From NCBI RefSeq assembly GCF_000372725.1, contig NW_005201792.1, positions 871,440 through 935,439 on the forward strand: 64,000 nt of DNA, read 5' to 3'. Position numbers and translations under genes: made by a program. This DNA comes from Emiliania huxleyi CCMP1516. Taxonomy: Eukaryota. The notes under the pieces were generated by a model that was given only the letters and a program-made list of their open reading frames with translations, had not been told where the DNA came from and searched no databases. Of this stretch, positions 47,305 through 58,974 are shown one piece after another; position 1 is the stretch's first letter; each line of letters begins with the position of its first letter.

Positions 47305-48554
47305 ATGGCAGCGGCTGCGCTGGTCGCTCGCATGGGCCGCACCGTGGCGCTGTCCTCGGACATCGCCACGCGTGTCGTCTACAAGCGGTGGTTCCTCGAA
47401 CAAACCTACGATACGATCGCTGCAGAGCTTGAGATTGGCACCACGACTGCGTGGCAAATCTACCAGCGCTTTGTGCAGACAGACGGCGTCGAGACGTTCC
47501 AGGGGCGACGGCCCAACGATCCGTGGAACGGCCTTGTGTCGTCTCACCTGCGCGAGCCGCTCCTCCGGGCCCTCACCGAGTGCGACGCCGAGTCGGACCT
47601 GCAGGACATTGCCGACGCCTTCCAGCGCTTGACTGGCGTCGCCGTCTCGACCTCTGCTATCTGCCGCACGTCGATCGCGATGGGCTGGACGCGCAAAATT
47701 GTGCGCCGCCATAGCGGCTTCTGGTCTGATATTGAGCATCTCCAACCATCTCTCCCCTCCCCGCACAGCTCTCGCAGCTGCTGGACCGGCACGACGAGCA
47801 GGCCGCGCATGAGTTTGTCTTGCGCATCCTCTCCACCTACGCGATGTGTCAGCTGGTGTGGGCGGATGAGGCTTCGTGCGATGCCCGCAATCTTCTCACG
47901 AAGTGCGTTTGTGCTTGCACGCGCGCGCGCACTCCTCTCGCCCTCCTGAGGCCGCTCGTGTCTCACTGCGCAGGCGGTTCGGCCGAGCGCTGCGCGGTGA
48001 GCGCGCAAACTCCGAGCGCGGCATCACCGTCCGCGGCCAGCGGTGGTCGGTGCTGGGCGTGTTTGATGTCACTCGCGGTTACGTTGACCACTTTGCCGTG
48101 GAGGGCCCCATCGATGCGGAGCTGCTGTTCGAGGCCGTCACCAACCACGTGGTGAGGCTGCCCGTGCGCGGCGCCCCTCTCACCACCTGTCTCACCTGCT
48201 GCCCCCCCCCCCCCCCCCCAGATGCCTCACATGAACCCGTTCACTGGGCCCCAGGGCCGCGAGGAGCGGTCAGTCCTTGTTTGGGACAATTGCCGAACGC
48301 ACGGGCGCCACGAGCTGCTGAACCTCATGTCTGAGTTGGGCTTCGTCGTGGAGTTTTTGCCCCCGTATTGCCCTGAGATCGCTCCACACGAAAAGTGCCT
48401 CCGGCGGATGAAGCTGGCGGTGCGCGCAGCGGAGTGTGATTTCCGTGCCATGGATTTGGGTGTGCCGGACCTCATTGAATACGGCATGGCGCATGTGACG
48501 CCTGCGGTGTTCCGCTCGGCGCTGCATGAGTGTGGTTATGGGTCGGTGTTGTGA
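47305..48554 (+). CDS. IS630/Tc1-like DD34E transposase, 3 introns (47701-47768, 47903-47973, 48152-48221)
   Basis: N-terminal HTH (TYDTIAAELEIGTTTAWQIYQRF); VWADE; VLVWDNCRTH; FLPPYCPEIAPHE; 34 residues between the second D and E. Confidence 0.9.
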
Positions 48555-48664
48555 TATGAGTTCTTTTCTCTGTTTTAGTGCCAGTCCCGTGCCCGTGCGA
48601 GGGAGCGTGGGCGCCTCGCCCTTTTTCTCCTTCCAGAGACACCGCCAGCCGCCTCGCCGCGCCG

Positions 48665-50335
48665 ATGACAAGCACGCAAGACGCGTCTTCATCGGGGACG
48701 CTGGAAGACGACCCGCCCTTCGCCGAGCCGCTCTTCGGTGACCAGCCGTACGCACTGGTCTCTTCAGCTCCCGCGCGTACACTTTCGAGACGCAGCTTTG
48801 CGCTGTCTTTTGGCCCGAGCGGCACTTTGTTGGGAGGGGTGCCCGGGTTGGTTGTGGAGTTCGATTCGGCTGGCCAGAGCAAGGTGGCGAGCGGAGTCGC
48901 GCCCGAAGATGGGGTCTTGTCCGACCCCTTCGTCTCCATGGCGTCCTGTCCGGTCAACACGGCACGGCTCTACATGACGGACTGGGATGCTTCAAGCGTG
49001 ATCATGATCACGCTTCCGCAGGGTCAGGCCACGACCATCGCGGGGAGCGGCGCGGCGAGCAGCATCGATGGCGTGGGGTTGGATGCCACCTTCAATCGAC
49101 CGTGCGCTCTGGCAGTTACCGCGGACGGCGCAGCGCTATTCGTGGCCGACTGCCTTGGGCATCGCATCCGCCGCGTCGAGGTGGCGACGGGCGCGGTGAC
49201 CACGGTCGCCGGCAGCGGCACTGCGGGCCGCGCCAATGGCGCGGGCAACGAGGCGCAGTTCTATCACCCGGCCGCCCTCGCGCTTGCCCCAAATGGCGAC
49301 ACCCTCTTCGTGGCCGACTGCACCGGGCACGTCATCCGGCGGGTGAACGTGGCATCGGGCGTCGTGACGACGTTGGCCGGCAGTGGGGCAAAGGGAAGCG
49401 CAGATGGCCCAGGGCCGTCGGCGACGTTCAGCAGGCCACAGGGTCTCGCCCTCAGCCCCGATGGCGCCGCTCTCTTCGTCGCCGACCACGGCAATCACAA
49501 GATCAGGCTTGTGGATGTGTCCTCCGCAGTCGTTACCACAGTGGCGGGGAGCGGCGAGAAGGGCAGCGCCGACGGTGTGGGGGGGTGCGCGCAGCTGGAG
49601 GCGCCGCGTGCGATTGCACTCTCCCCGCAGGGCAGCACGTTGGCGGTGTGTTGCGTCGCAGACCCCTCCCGCATCCGCTTCGTCCACGTGGCTGCGCCTC
49701 CTCCGCCTCCCTCCTTCGCGCCGCTCGTGGTGCCGCCCTCGACCTTTTCGGCCGACATGAAGAAGACGTGGGGCGACGCCTCCCTCCCGCAGGGCATGGT
49801 CACCTTCCTGGTCGGCGACGACGAGGAGCGCGTCGAGCACGTGAGCAAGTGCGTCCTCTGCGCCCGGTCCGTTGTCTTTCGGACCATGTTCGGCATCGGC
49901 ATGAAGGAGCGCGACGCCGCCGAGGTCACGGTGTCCGACACCAACCTCGCCAGCTTCACCGCCTTCATCGAGTACCTCTGCGCCGACGAGCTCAACCTCG
50001 GGGAGGGCGAGCAGGCGCGGCGCGCGCTCGACCTGCGGGAGCTGGCGCAGATGTACCAAGTGCCGCGCCTCGAGCTGCTCTGCGCGCAGGCGCTGCAGGA
50101 GAGCGTCGGGCCGGCGACCGCCGTGCCGCTGCTCGAGGCGGCGCACATGACGGGCGACGGGCGTCTCCTTGCGCAGTGCCGCCGATTCGTGGCCGACAAC
50201 GCCGCCGAGGTGCGGGCGAGCGGCGGCGTGGAGCAGCTGAGCGACCTCGGCGTGGCAAAGGGGCTGCTCGGCGACGCGCTCGACCAGGTGTCGGAGCTGC
50301 AGGGCGCGATGCGCGCGCTTGGCGCGGTCCGGTGA
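48665..50335 (+). CDS. Intronless NHL-repeat (beta-propeller) plus BTB/POZ protein
   Basis: Repeats F..P..LA..DG..LFVAD..H.IR.V...VTTVAGSG; BTB VTFLVG..HVSKCVLCARSVVFRTMF..MKE..FTAFIEYL..LAQMYQVPRLELLC. Confidence 0.92.
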   Translation: MTSTQDASSSGTLEDDPPFAEPLFGDQPYALVSSAPARTLSRRSFALSFGPSGTLLGGVPGLVVEFDSAGQSKVASGVAPEDGVLSDPFVSMASCPVNTARLYMTDWDASSVIMITLPQGQATTIAGSGAASSIDGVGLDATFNRPCALAVTADGAALFVADCLGHRIRRVEVATGAVTTVAGSGTAGRANGAGNEAQFYHPAALALAPNGDTLFVADCTGHVIRRVNVASGVVTTLAGSGAKGSADGPGPSATFSRPQGLALSPDGAALFVADHGNHKIRLVDVSSAVVTTVAGSGEKGSADGVGGCAQLEAPRAIALSPQGSTLAVCCVADPSRIRFVHVAAPPPPPSFAPLVVPPSTFSADMKKTWGDASLPQGMVTFLVGDDEERVEHVSKCVLCARSVVFRTMFGIGMKERDAAEVTVSDTNLASFTAFIEYLCADELNLGEGEQARRALDLRELAQMYQVPRLELLCAQALQESVGPATAVPLLEAAHMTGDGRLLAQCRRFVADNAAEVRASGGVEQLSDLGVAKGLLGDALDQVSELQGAMRALGAVR

Positions 50336-51404
50336 GGGGGGAGGGGAGAGGGGCGGGGGGGGGGGCGCTCTTTAGCCAGGCTATTGAGAACAGACGGAGA
50401 GATGGGTGCGTGCCCGTCCTGTCTGGTCTATCGAGATGCATGCAGCATGGCCATACCGCGATGGCGCGTCATGGTCGGCGTGGCGGCGGCGGCGGCTTGT
50501 TCCAGCCGCGAGTACTTTCGTGATACAAGAAAGAGGTCAGACACACACAGGTCGTCAACATCACACAGACTCGTGCGGGTCGAGGAGGCACTGACATCAA
50601 AACACGCGCGGTGTGGTGTGCGGCCGGCGCGCGCGATTCCGCGAATAAGAAAGGCGGAGAACAGCTTAGAGTCGCGGGTCCTCTTCACCTCACTGCAACG
50701 CCGGGTACATGGACAGGTATGGGTCAGAGAGACACCGGCGTCTCGAAGAGACCGCTCTCGGCGGCGGTTTTGGAGCGCCCAGACACTCGCGGCTCCGCTA
50801 GGCTTTGTGTGAGCGGCGAGCGACGGTCGCCCGCCCCGAACCTGCGCGTCGCCTGCGCCGAGGGCGACCACTGGTGAGGGGGTGTGTGGGCGGGCCAGCG
50901 GGCGGGCGGATGGGCGGGCGGGCGGGGGGGAGGGAGGGAAGGGAGGGAGGGAGGGGCCAGGGAGGGGGCGGCGGGGGAGAGAGAAGGAGAGAAAGAGAAA
51001 GCGAGGGGGAGAACGAGAGCGTCCGGATGCGGAGGACGGGGGGTCGGCGATCGCGATTCCGTCGATCCGCCGCCGAATATGCTAGACACTCGGACGTGTG
51101 AGCAGCCACTCGGTAGGAGCCAGACGCGACGTGTGAGCAGAGCGGTGCAGTCGCGGTGGAAATTTGGGAGCCGAGTGAGCGCCGAGGAGGGTGAGGCGAG
51201 CGCGGGTGGTAGGATTACGTCCGAGTCTATGCGCACACCGAAGTGCAATGCGAGGCTGCAGTGGCGTGCGGCGTGTGTCAGATGGCTCGGCCCGTCCTCC
51301 CTCGCCGGAGAGAGGGGGAGGAAGGGCGTGGTCAGATGGCTCGGCGGGATTTTGTCCGAGTGTCTGGCGTCTCACGTCTCTCGCGAGGAAGGCGCACCGA
51401 GGCG

Positions 51405-51530
51405 CGACCGAGACGATCCGACCGAGACGAGACGATCCGATACGAGACGATACGAGACGAGCGATCCTATACGATACGAGACCGAAGTTTTGGATTTTTG
51501 TTTTTTCGCAAGGTGCTGCAACCGGCTCTA
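51405..51530 (-). mobile_element. Transposon end inverted relative to 42195
   Basis: Ends AAGGTGCTGCAACCGGCTCTA, with GATACGAGAC repeats. Confidence 0.8.
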
Positions 51531-51560
51531 CTGGTCGAATTGCGGCGCGGAGTCCTCCGG

Positions 51561-51867
51561 ATGCTCGGAGCGGCGGCTCTGCTCGCCTTCGCCGCTCCGC
51601 AACCGCTGGCGCACAACGAGGACAGCGGAGCCAACCCTGGCGCTCAGCGCAGCGGAGGCCGTTCGGTCACTCGCGGGAGGAGCCTCAGTGTGGCGGCAAG
51701 GTTCAAAGACCACCTCGACGCCACGGGCGACAAGATCGACGGGAAGGCGGCAGAAATCGAGTGGAAGCTCATGCAGAAGCTAGAGGCTCTCGCCCACAAA
51801 TTTGACAAGAGCCCCTCGCCTCCGCCCCCCCTCCCTGGATCCCCTCCTCTGCCTCCGCAGCCACCGC

Positions 51868-51900
<33 letters not shown>

Positions 51901-52037
51901 CTCCGCCGGACCCGCCTCCTCCGCCGGACCCGCCGCCGCCGCCTCCCAATCCGCCAGATCCGCCACCACCGCCTCCGCCCCCGCCGCCGCCTCCAGACCC
52001 ACCCCCGCCACCGCCGCCGCCGCCGCCGCCTCCCAAT

Positions 52038-52075
<38 letters not shown>

Positions 52076-52280
52076 CCCTCCGCCCGCGACGCCGGGCGCC
52101 CGATTCTTCTTCTTCCTCCGCGCGGAGCCCCCGGGCGCAGCCGCAGCGGCGGCATCCTCGCCCGGCCACGGAGCGAGCGCTGCCTCTGCAGCGGGCGCGG
52201 CCCTCGGCCTCGCCGCCGTGCTCGGCCTCGTGGTCAGGGCGGGCGCCGGCGCGCGCGCGGCTCGCGCGGCGCTGGTCTGA
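51561..52280 (+). CDS. Signal peptide, polyproline stalk and C-terminal hydrophobic anchor (cell-surface protein)
   Basis: MLGAAALLAFAAP...; long Pro tract; AALGLAAVLGLVV. Confidence 0.6.
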
Positions 52281-52539
52281 CCTACTGCTCGCGCGGCGTG
52301 AGGGTCTCTCCTCCTCTCTAGTCTGGTGAGGCTCATCCTGGGTCTGATGTCGTATTGCAGCTCCGAGTTTGGTGGCCGCATGTCGCACGAGTTTGGTGGC
52401 CGCGCGAGCCAGCGCCCGGCGCCAGAGTATGTATGTGCTGTGCTGTCGCGCTCTGCGTGCTGTGCTGACGCCTGTGTATTGCCGGTACTTACGTGTTACG
52501 TGTAGCGCAGTGTGTTGTGTATGTCATGTGCTGCGACCC

Positions 52540-54273
52540 TAGGGTTGTCAAACGTTAAGAGAGCTGAAAACAGTGTGAGTTCTGCTACGCGGCTGGGTTC
52601 ACAGCGATTGTAGGAAAAGAAGGGAATACCTGACGGTCGCGGCCTTCCGACTCGCGCCTCCGCCTCACTGGCACTATTGTAGCCCTGGCCGGTGCGCGTG
52701 CAGAGTTGAAGTTCCGGAGTAAAAATTCGAACGCGTTCTCTCACGGTGACCAAAAAATGTCCACCTCAGAGGCACCTCCGGAGGCAGGCCGCCGCACGCC
52801 GGCGACACAGCTCCAGCTGTCGAACTGACCCGCAGCTCCTCTCAGAGCGGGAACTGTGACGAAAGTTGACTGAGGCGGTTGTCAGGAATCATCATACGGA
52901 TCACATGGTGGCTCTCTTATGACGGGAGACCGCCCAACCACTCCTGGGTGGCACTGCCACCGGTGTCGCTCGACGTCCTGTCGACAGCGTGCCGACAGCG
53001 ACACAGACCATGTGGGACGCGTCGAGTATCGACCTCTACTGCTTACCCAGCCTTCGAGTGTACCCTGGCTGTGGTCCCACACCCACTGGTGTCCATCTCA
53101 GAGACCGCAGGAGGTCATGAGGGTCGATGGGAGTGCCAACCCCACAATGTGCCTAAAAAGTAACCCAGCCCAGTATATCGAAAAAATACGCAGCAGAGTG
53201 TCAACAGCGGAGTAACAACAGAACAACAGTGGGGCTCCCCAACAACAGTAGCTAACGTTAGGCCGGCTGAACAACGATGAGGAAGGCCTGGCAGTGACCC
53301 ATGACGATCTCCAGCGTCCAGTACGGGTAATACCCGAAAATACCGCCGCGGGAAAACCCAGGTAAGCAATAAATAAAACGGTGAAAACTCTGAGACGAGA
53401 TGGGATTTAGGGACGTGTGTCCCCGCCCTGCACGATCTTGGTGTGAGGGATCTTCAATCCGTGTCCCCTCACCCCTCGTCACAGCCCGACACGGAAGAGC
53501 GGCAAGAGTTGGGGCTGCGGCTACGGCTGCGGCTACGAGAGGGGCCGGGGTCGCGGGAGAGCCGCTGCGCCGCGTGGACGCGCCTACACCGCTCTTGCTC
53601 CGCTCGCCACCTCTCGCAAAGGTCCAAAGTCATAGCCATCATCACCTCCTCCGGCAAGTCCTTTTCGCCTATCTTGCCGTCCCTCCAATCCTGGAAGAGC
53701 TCGTCGTCATAGCCGTATTGCATCACAGCCTGCTGCACTGCGTCGTGTACAACCCCTGCCACCCTATCCCGCGCCTCGGCGTCGGAAAAGTATTGGTCGA
53801 GCTCGGAGTCATACTCGGAAGCGGGCGCAGACGGCCGCGGTGATTTGGCAGGCGGCGAGGAGGGGGAGGGGGAGCGCGGCGGTGCCAGAAGGGCCAGCGC
53901 CCAGCGCGCTCAGCCTGTTCTTGTTCACCTTGGGAGAGGGGGATGGGGGTCCACCTCCCTTGGGTGCGGGCTGGCGGTCAGGCTTGCGCTTGACCGCCTT
54001 GCCCGGCGGCTTGCGGCCATGGTTCCTCATGGTGAACCTGTCCGGCATGCCGCCCTTCCCAACCTGGTCCGGGAATTTTCCGGGTTTAGCCGGGGTTTTT
54101 CGTGGCATTTTCTGCTTGCTGACCACTGAACAACAGTTTAAACAACAGTAACAAACAGTAAATCTTGTAACAGCTTGGGCTGGGGAGATCAGAACACTTG
54201 AACAACGTTGAGGATTTCAGCCAACAATAGTGCAACTGTTAGGCCCAAAGTTAACGTTTGTTTGACAACCCTA
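52540..54273. mobile_element. Non-autonomous TIR element (hAT-like)
   Basis: TAGGGTTGTCAAAC...GTTTGACAACCCTA; TGCGACCC at 52532-52539 repeated at 54276-54283. Confidence 0.8.
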
Positions 54274-54582
54274 CATGCGACCCTCGCTGGACGCTGCGTC
54301 CAGGACCAGGTCGCCTTGCGAGAGAGATCGTAAAAAAAATAAAAACGGACACTCTCTGATCTCTGACTGAGATGGGTGAAGAGAGAGATCGTGTGTATGT
54401 TTGACCCATGTGAGTTTTTGACACCCCGCTGTGTGCGCGTAATGTGTGCGGGTGAGCGTTCTTTTTGCGAAAATCGCTCTGGCCGCCGGCGCGGGGACGG
54501 ACGGAGGAAAATCTACAACTGGAGACTATACCTAGATCCTATAGTCGTCAATCTCTGAGTGTGTCCGTTTGTATTTATTTAT

Positions 54583-56478
54583 TCATTCCTCCCTTCTCCG
54601 CCCCGCGCGAAACTCGGACCTCGCTTCCCGCTCCCGCCGCCGCTTTTGCTGCCTCTGCTTGCGCTCCCGCTGCTTACTCTCGTGCCGCCGCCTGCGCTGC
54701 TCCTGCTGCTGCGGCTGGCCGCTGCTCCGTTGAGGGCGCGGGGGGTCACCCTCGTCGGCGGGCGACGGCCTCTGCCGCTTGGCACCGCGTCCGCGCCGGA
54801 AGCCGGCGCCGCCGGGACCACGTCCGCCTCCGCCGCCCCGGCCGCGCCCACCTCCGCCCCTGCCTCCGCCTCCCCAGCCGCCCCCACCCCCGCCCTCGTC
54901 GTCCGAGGCGCAGCCAGCCTCGACGCGCGCCCGCGCCGCCACCACCTCCGCCTCCGCGCCCGCCTCGCGCAGCCGCCACGCCGCGCCCCCTCCCCCCTCG
55001 CCCACGCCGCCGCCGCCGGCCGGCCGCGGCTCGCCGAGCGCCGCGAGGGCCGCGCGCGAGATGCGATCTCCCGAGCGTGGCCGCCAGCCGGGCAGGAGGG
55101 CGGAGATGCAGCCGCGAGAGCGCAGGCCGGCGAGGGCGCGGCCGAAGAGGCTGCTCACCGCTCTCCAGCGGAAGCACTTTGCTCCGAGGTCGACGCTCGC
55201 GCAGAGCGGGTCGCGCATCTGGGAGCGGGAGGGCGGGGGAGCGTCGGGGGCGGGCGGCGGCAGCGGGAGAGTGGCTGGGAGATGCCAAGCAGGGCTGGTG
55301 GCCCTCGTGCGGCGAAGGTGTTGGGAGGAGGGGGGAGCCCGGAAGGGGCCTCTCGGAGGGGAAGCTTCTCGGAAAGGGAAGCGTCTCGGCAAGGGAGGCG
55401 GTAGTGGCACCTGGAGGGCGTCGCCGCGGTGCGCCGCGTACCGCGCGAGGAAAAGGACGAGCAGCGCCCCGAGGTCCGCCTCGCCCGTCTCGCCCGCCTC
55501 GCCCGCCTCGCCCGCCTGGCCATGCCCCTCCCCGTTGTGCCGCGCCACCCGCTCCGCCATCACGAAGAGCAGGTACGAGCCCACGCCGCCGGTGTACGTC
55601 TCGGACAAGCCATGCCTCCGCAGCAGCAGCTTGACGGCCAGCAGGAGCGGGCGCAGCTCCGGCCGCGCTCGCAGCCTCCCCCGCACCCAGGCGGACCCGC
55701 GCGGGCCGCCCTCCTGGTCGATGCACACGTCCACCGCAGCGCGCGAGGCGGCGTCAGTGTACTTGAGGATGGGCACGCGCGCGCGCACCACCTCTGGCGA
55801 GCGCGGGTAGCCGAGCGCGACGCCATCGCGCAGCAGAGCACGCATCAGCCGGCGGAGCGGCTTGACAGCCTCGCGCTGCCTCAGCCGCGAGGTCGGCCGC
55901 GGGATCGGCTGGCCGCGCCGCCGCTTGCGGTGGCCGGCCGGAGCCTCCTCCTCCTCCCCCTCCTCCTCCTCCTCCTCCTCCTCCTCCTCCTCCGCCTGCC
56001 CCTCCTCCTCCTCTGCCGCCGCCGCCGCCGCCGCCGCCGCCGCTCCGGCGGCCTCAGCGGTCGTGATGACGAGGTCTAGGTCGGAGCTTGGGAGTGAGAG
56101 GTCGGTGGCGTTGGAGCCGAAGAGGTCGAGGCTGCCGCCGGGCATTGTACGGGCGAGCGAGCCAGCGGCGCGGCGCAGCGCGCCCTCTAGTGCAGCGCGG
56201 CTCGCCTCGGTGGGCGACGCGGATGCGGCGAGCGCGATGAGCTGCGAGTGGAGCAGCGAGCGCGGCGGTGCATCGAATCGCGGAGCACGCCACCGCACTC
56301 TCGCAAGCAGACGCTTCGCCGATGCATCCGGCTCCTCTGGCTCACTGCTGCCGCCTCTCCTGCTGCTGCCGCCGCCGCCGCCGCCGCCACCTCCGCTGGC
56401 AAGACTCTCGCCGTCACCGCCGTCAGTGCTCGCGCCATCGAACACGCCGTCAACGCCGTTCGAGAGCAGGAGTGGCAT
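54583..56478 (-). CDS. TRF4: Trf4/PAPD5-like non-canonical poly(A) polymerase (likely in-frame intron ~55220-55410)
   Basis: LFGSNATDLSLPSSDLDLVI; ARVPILK; VDVCID; SETYTGGVGSYLL; LGALLVLFL..Y; RDPL. Confidence 0.88.
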   Translation of the reverse strand: MPLLLSNGVDGVFDGASTDGGDGESLASGGGGGGGGGSSRRGGSSEPEEPDASAKRLLARVRWRAPRFDAPPRSLLHSQLIALAASASPTEASRAALEGALRRAAGSLARTMPGGSLDLFGSNATDLSLPSSDLDLVITTAEAAGAAAAAAAAAAEEEEGQAEEEEEEEEEEEGEEEEAPAGHRKRRRGQPIPRPTSRLRQREAVKPLRRLMRALLRDGVALGYPRSPEVVRARVPILKYTDAASRAAVDVCIDQEGGPRGSAWVRGRLRARPELRPLLLAVKLLLRRHGLSETYTGGVGSYLLFVMAERVARHNGEGHGQAGEAGEAGETGEADLGALLVLFLARYAAHRGDALQVPLPPPLPRRFPFREASPPRGPFRAPPSSQHLRRTRATSPAWHLPATLPLPPPAPDAPPPSRSQMRDPLCASVDLGAKCFRWRAVSSLFGRALAGLRSRGCISALLPGWRPRSGDRISRAALAALGEPRPAGGGGVGEGGGGAAWRLREAGAEAEVVAARARVEAGCASDDEGGGGGGWGGGGRGGGGRGRGGGGGRGPGGAGFRRGRGAKRQRPSPADEGDPPRPQRSSGQPQQQEQRRRRHESKQRERKQRQQKRRREREARSEFRAGRRREE

Positions 56479-57065
56479 GCAGCAGCAGCTGCGTGCAGCT
56501 GCAGCTGGCAAAGAACGCCGTGAGGAGGCGCGATGAGGAGGCGCGGATAGACGGAGCGAGGGCACGAGCCCGAATGCGGAAAAAAATTAAGTTAAAAATA
56601 GGTTGCCGGCACGGGGCACAAACGGGGCACAAACGCCAGGCTACAAACACGGGGAGGCACGTAGTCGTAGTGCCCTCCTGTCGTTGTGGAGGCAAGAAAG
56701 AAAGCGCATGCCCGGACCTCGCGGGTACAATTCTTTTTCAGTGAATATGCTCTCCGTGCAGCGCTCGGCGGCGCCGACGCGAGCAAAAGCGGCTTCGTAC
56801 GACGGTCGCGTAAACTTAGAAAGAAAGAAAGAAAACAGACAACAGGGTGGCCCGCCACAACGACCCCTGGAATTGCGACTCGCCGCTTTCCTCCCGCTGT
56901 GATCCTGTGTGAGCTCTGTGTCTTGATTTGCCAACAAAATACCTACACCCAAGGGAGGGATGGGAGGACGGCACGCCGCCACCACACTTGTCATCTCGTG
57001 TTGTGTGCTCTTAAATTTTTCCGTCTTCGGCCGCATCAAGAGCGGGCCGACTCCACAGAGCAGAA

Positions 57066-58506
57066 ATGATGGGCTCTCGTGCCGAGGCGCGCGAGCGCGT
57101 GAACTCCGAGCTGCAGCAGCTTCGCTCGAGGGAGAAGGGCGCGTCGCCCGAAGAGCTCAAGAATATTGTTGATCGCAAGACGGAGCTCAAGAAGATGCGA
57201 GGCCTCGGCGTGTACTACGGTGAGGACAGAGACCCTGCGTCCCCACGGCGCACCCGCGTGCCCTGCTCGAGCATCCGCAACGCGCTCCCCTCCCTTCGGC
57301 CTCTCCCGCCGCCCGCCTCGCCTCCACTTGCCCGCCTCTCTCCAACCGTGCTCTGCTCCTCCCTCATGCGGCGGCAGGCGCGCCAAAGGAGGAGAGCGGC
57401 TTCACGATGCCCGACCTGTCCTCGCTCTCCCTGCCCGGCGGCTTCGCGCTCCCCAAGGAGATCGACGCCGAGCTGATGGCTCAGTCGGGAGGGTTTGGCA
57501 CCGTGATGGGCGCGTGCACCGGCCCTGACCACCGCCACCGCCACCACCGCCTCCACCGCCACGGCCGCCACGCCCACACCTCTGTTCCGCCCTCTCCTCG
57601 GCTGTCCGCCCTTCCCCACCCCCAACAGGCGCCTGCACCGGCGTCGCCCTCAAGAAGCTGGGCAAGGCGCGTCTCGCCCTCCTCTCTCCTCTCCCCTGTC
57701 TCCCATCTCCCTCTCCTCCCCTCTCCTCTCGCCTCTTTTACCCCTCGCCTCTCCCCCTCCCGCCCTCTCTCCCCCCGCCTAGGCGGCGATGGGCATCACG
57801 GGATTCATCTTCATGACCCTCACCGCAGCGGAGAAGCAGGGCTTCATGACGGCGCGCGCGCGGGGGGAGGGAGAGGGAGACCGCGGGCATGTCCACGGCA
57901 TGCCCACGGCATGCCCACCCTTCCCCACCCTTCCCCACCCTTCCCCACCCTTCCCCACCCTTCCCCACCCTTCCCCACCCTTCCCCACCCTTCCCCACAG
58001 GTGCACTGGGATAAGGTCAAGGAGAAGACCATGAAGCTGATCGACACGGACGGAGACGGAGAGCTCTCGCAGGTCTTCCTCCGAGACACCCTTGCTGCAA
58101 GACACCTCCGAGACACCTGCAAGACACCTCCGAGACACCTCCAAGACACCTCCGAGACTCCCTGAGATGCTGCAAGAGACACCTCCAACACCTCCGAGGA
58201 ACCTCCCGAGACAGCGCCGGCTGCCCGTCGCGCTGACCGCCCCTGCCCCTCAATTGCCACCGCCGAGACACTGCCGAGACAGGACGACATGAAGAAGCAC
58301 TTTGGAAAGCTGGTCGCGTACATGACGGGAGAGAACTCGGCCGTGACGGCTGGCACCTACGGCGCGCTCCTCGCCTCGCCCTCGCCCTCGCCCTCGCCCT
58401 CGCCCTCGCCCTCGCCGCAAGGCTCCTGGCCGCAGGAGAGCCCTCACCCACCTCCCACACCCCGCCTCCAGGCGCGGGCCTGCTGCTCGGCTTCCGATAC
58501 GGCTGA
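57066..58506 (+). CDS. FUN14-family membrane protein with EF-hand-like loop, about 6 introns
   Basis: Spliced GGFGTVMG-ACTGVALKKLGK-AAMGITGFIF..QGFMT-VHWDKVKEK..DTDGDGELSQ-DD..GLLLGFRYG. Confidence 0.75.
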
Positions 58507-58974
58507 GTCGAGCCCCGACCCCCTTCCCCCAGCAGCTCCTCCCTTCCAGTTGTACCCCCGACTCCCGTCTCTGCATTCGCCTCCCTCCCTCCCTCCCGCG
58601 GCGTCGCTGGGGCCGCAGGGTGCCCCCCCCCCCACCCACCTTTTCTCTTCTTCTGTGCGGCCGCCGCCTCTCCGGCCGACTTGGCGCCGCCTCTCCGACT
58701 CGGCGTCTCGAGGCTGTAGCCGGCCGGTGCCGTCTCTCCCCGCTTGTGATGGCGGTGCGGACAGTGTGGTGGGTGTGTGCTCTCGCGCGGGCGAGAGTGG
58801 CGGGCGTCCGGGCGAGAGTGGCACGATGTCGTGACGTGTGATCGCGTGTCCCGCGCGTCCTTGCGCTCGGAGGATGAGAGAGACGTGACGAGACGCGCCG
58901 CCCGCCGAAGTTCTCTTTGGTCGGGGGGGGGGGGGGGTTGACCGCGGAGAGGCGTGACAAAAAGAGTGTACATT

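Noticed and set aside
42195..51530. Fanzor/TnpB nuclease beside the IS630-like transposase
   Set aside because: No RuvC D-E-D motifs or CxxC...RD.NAA signature seen in neighbouring ORFs.
3745..56478. Functional defence cluster (OTU, ZNFX1-like, BTB, Trf4)
   Set aside because: Genes are far apart and interleaved with housekeeping genes; no evidence of co-regulation.
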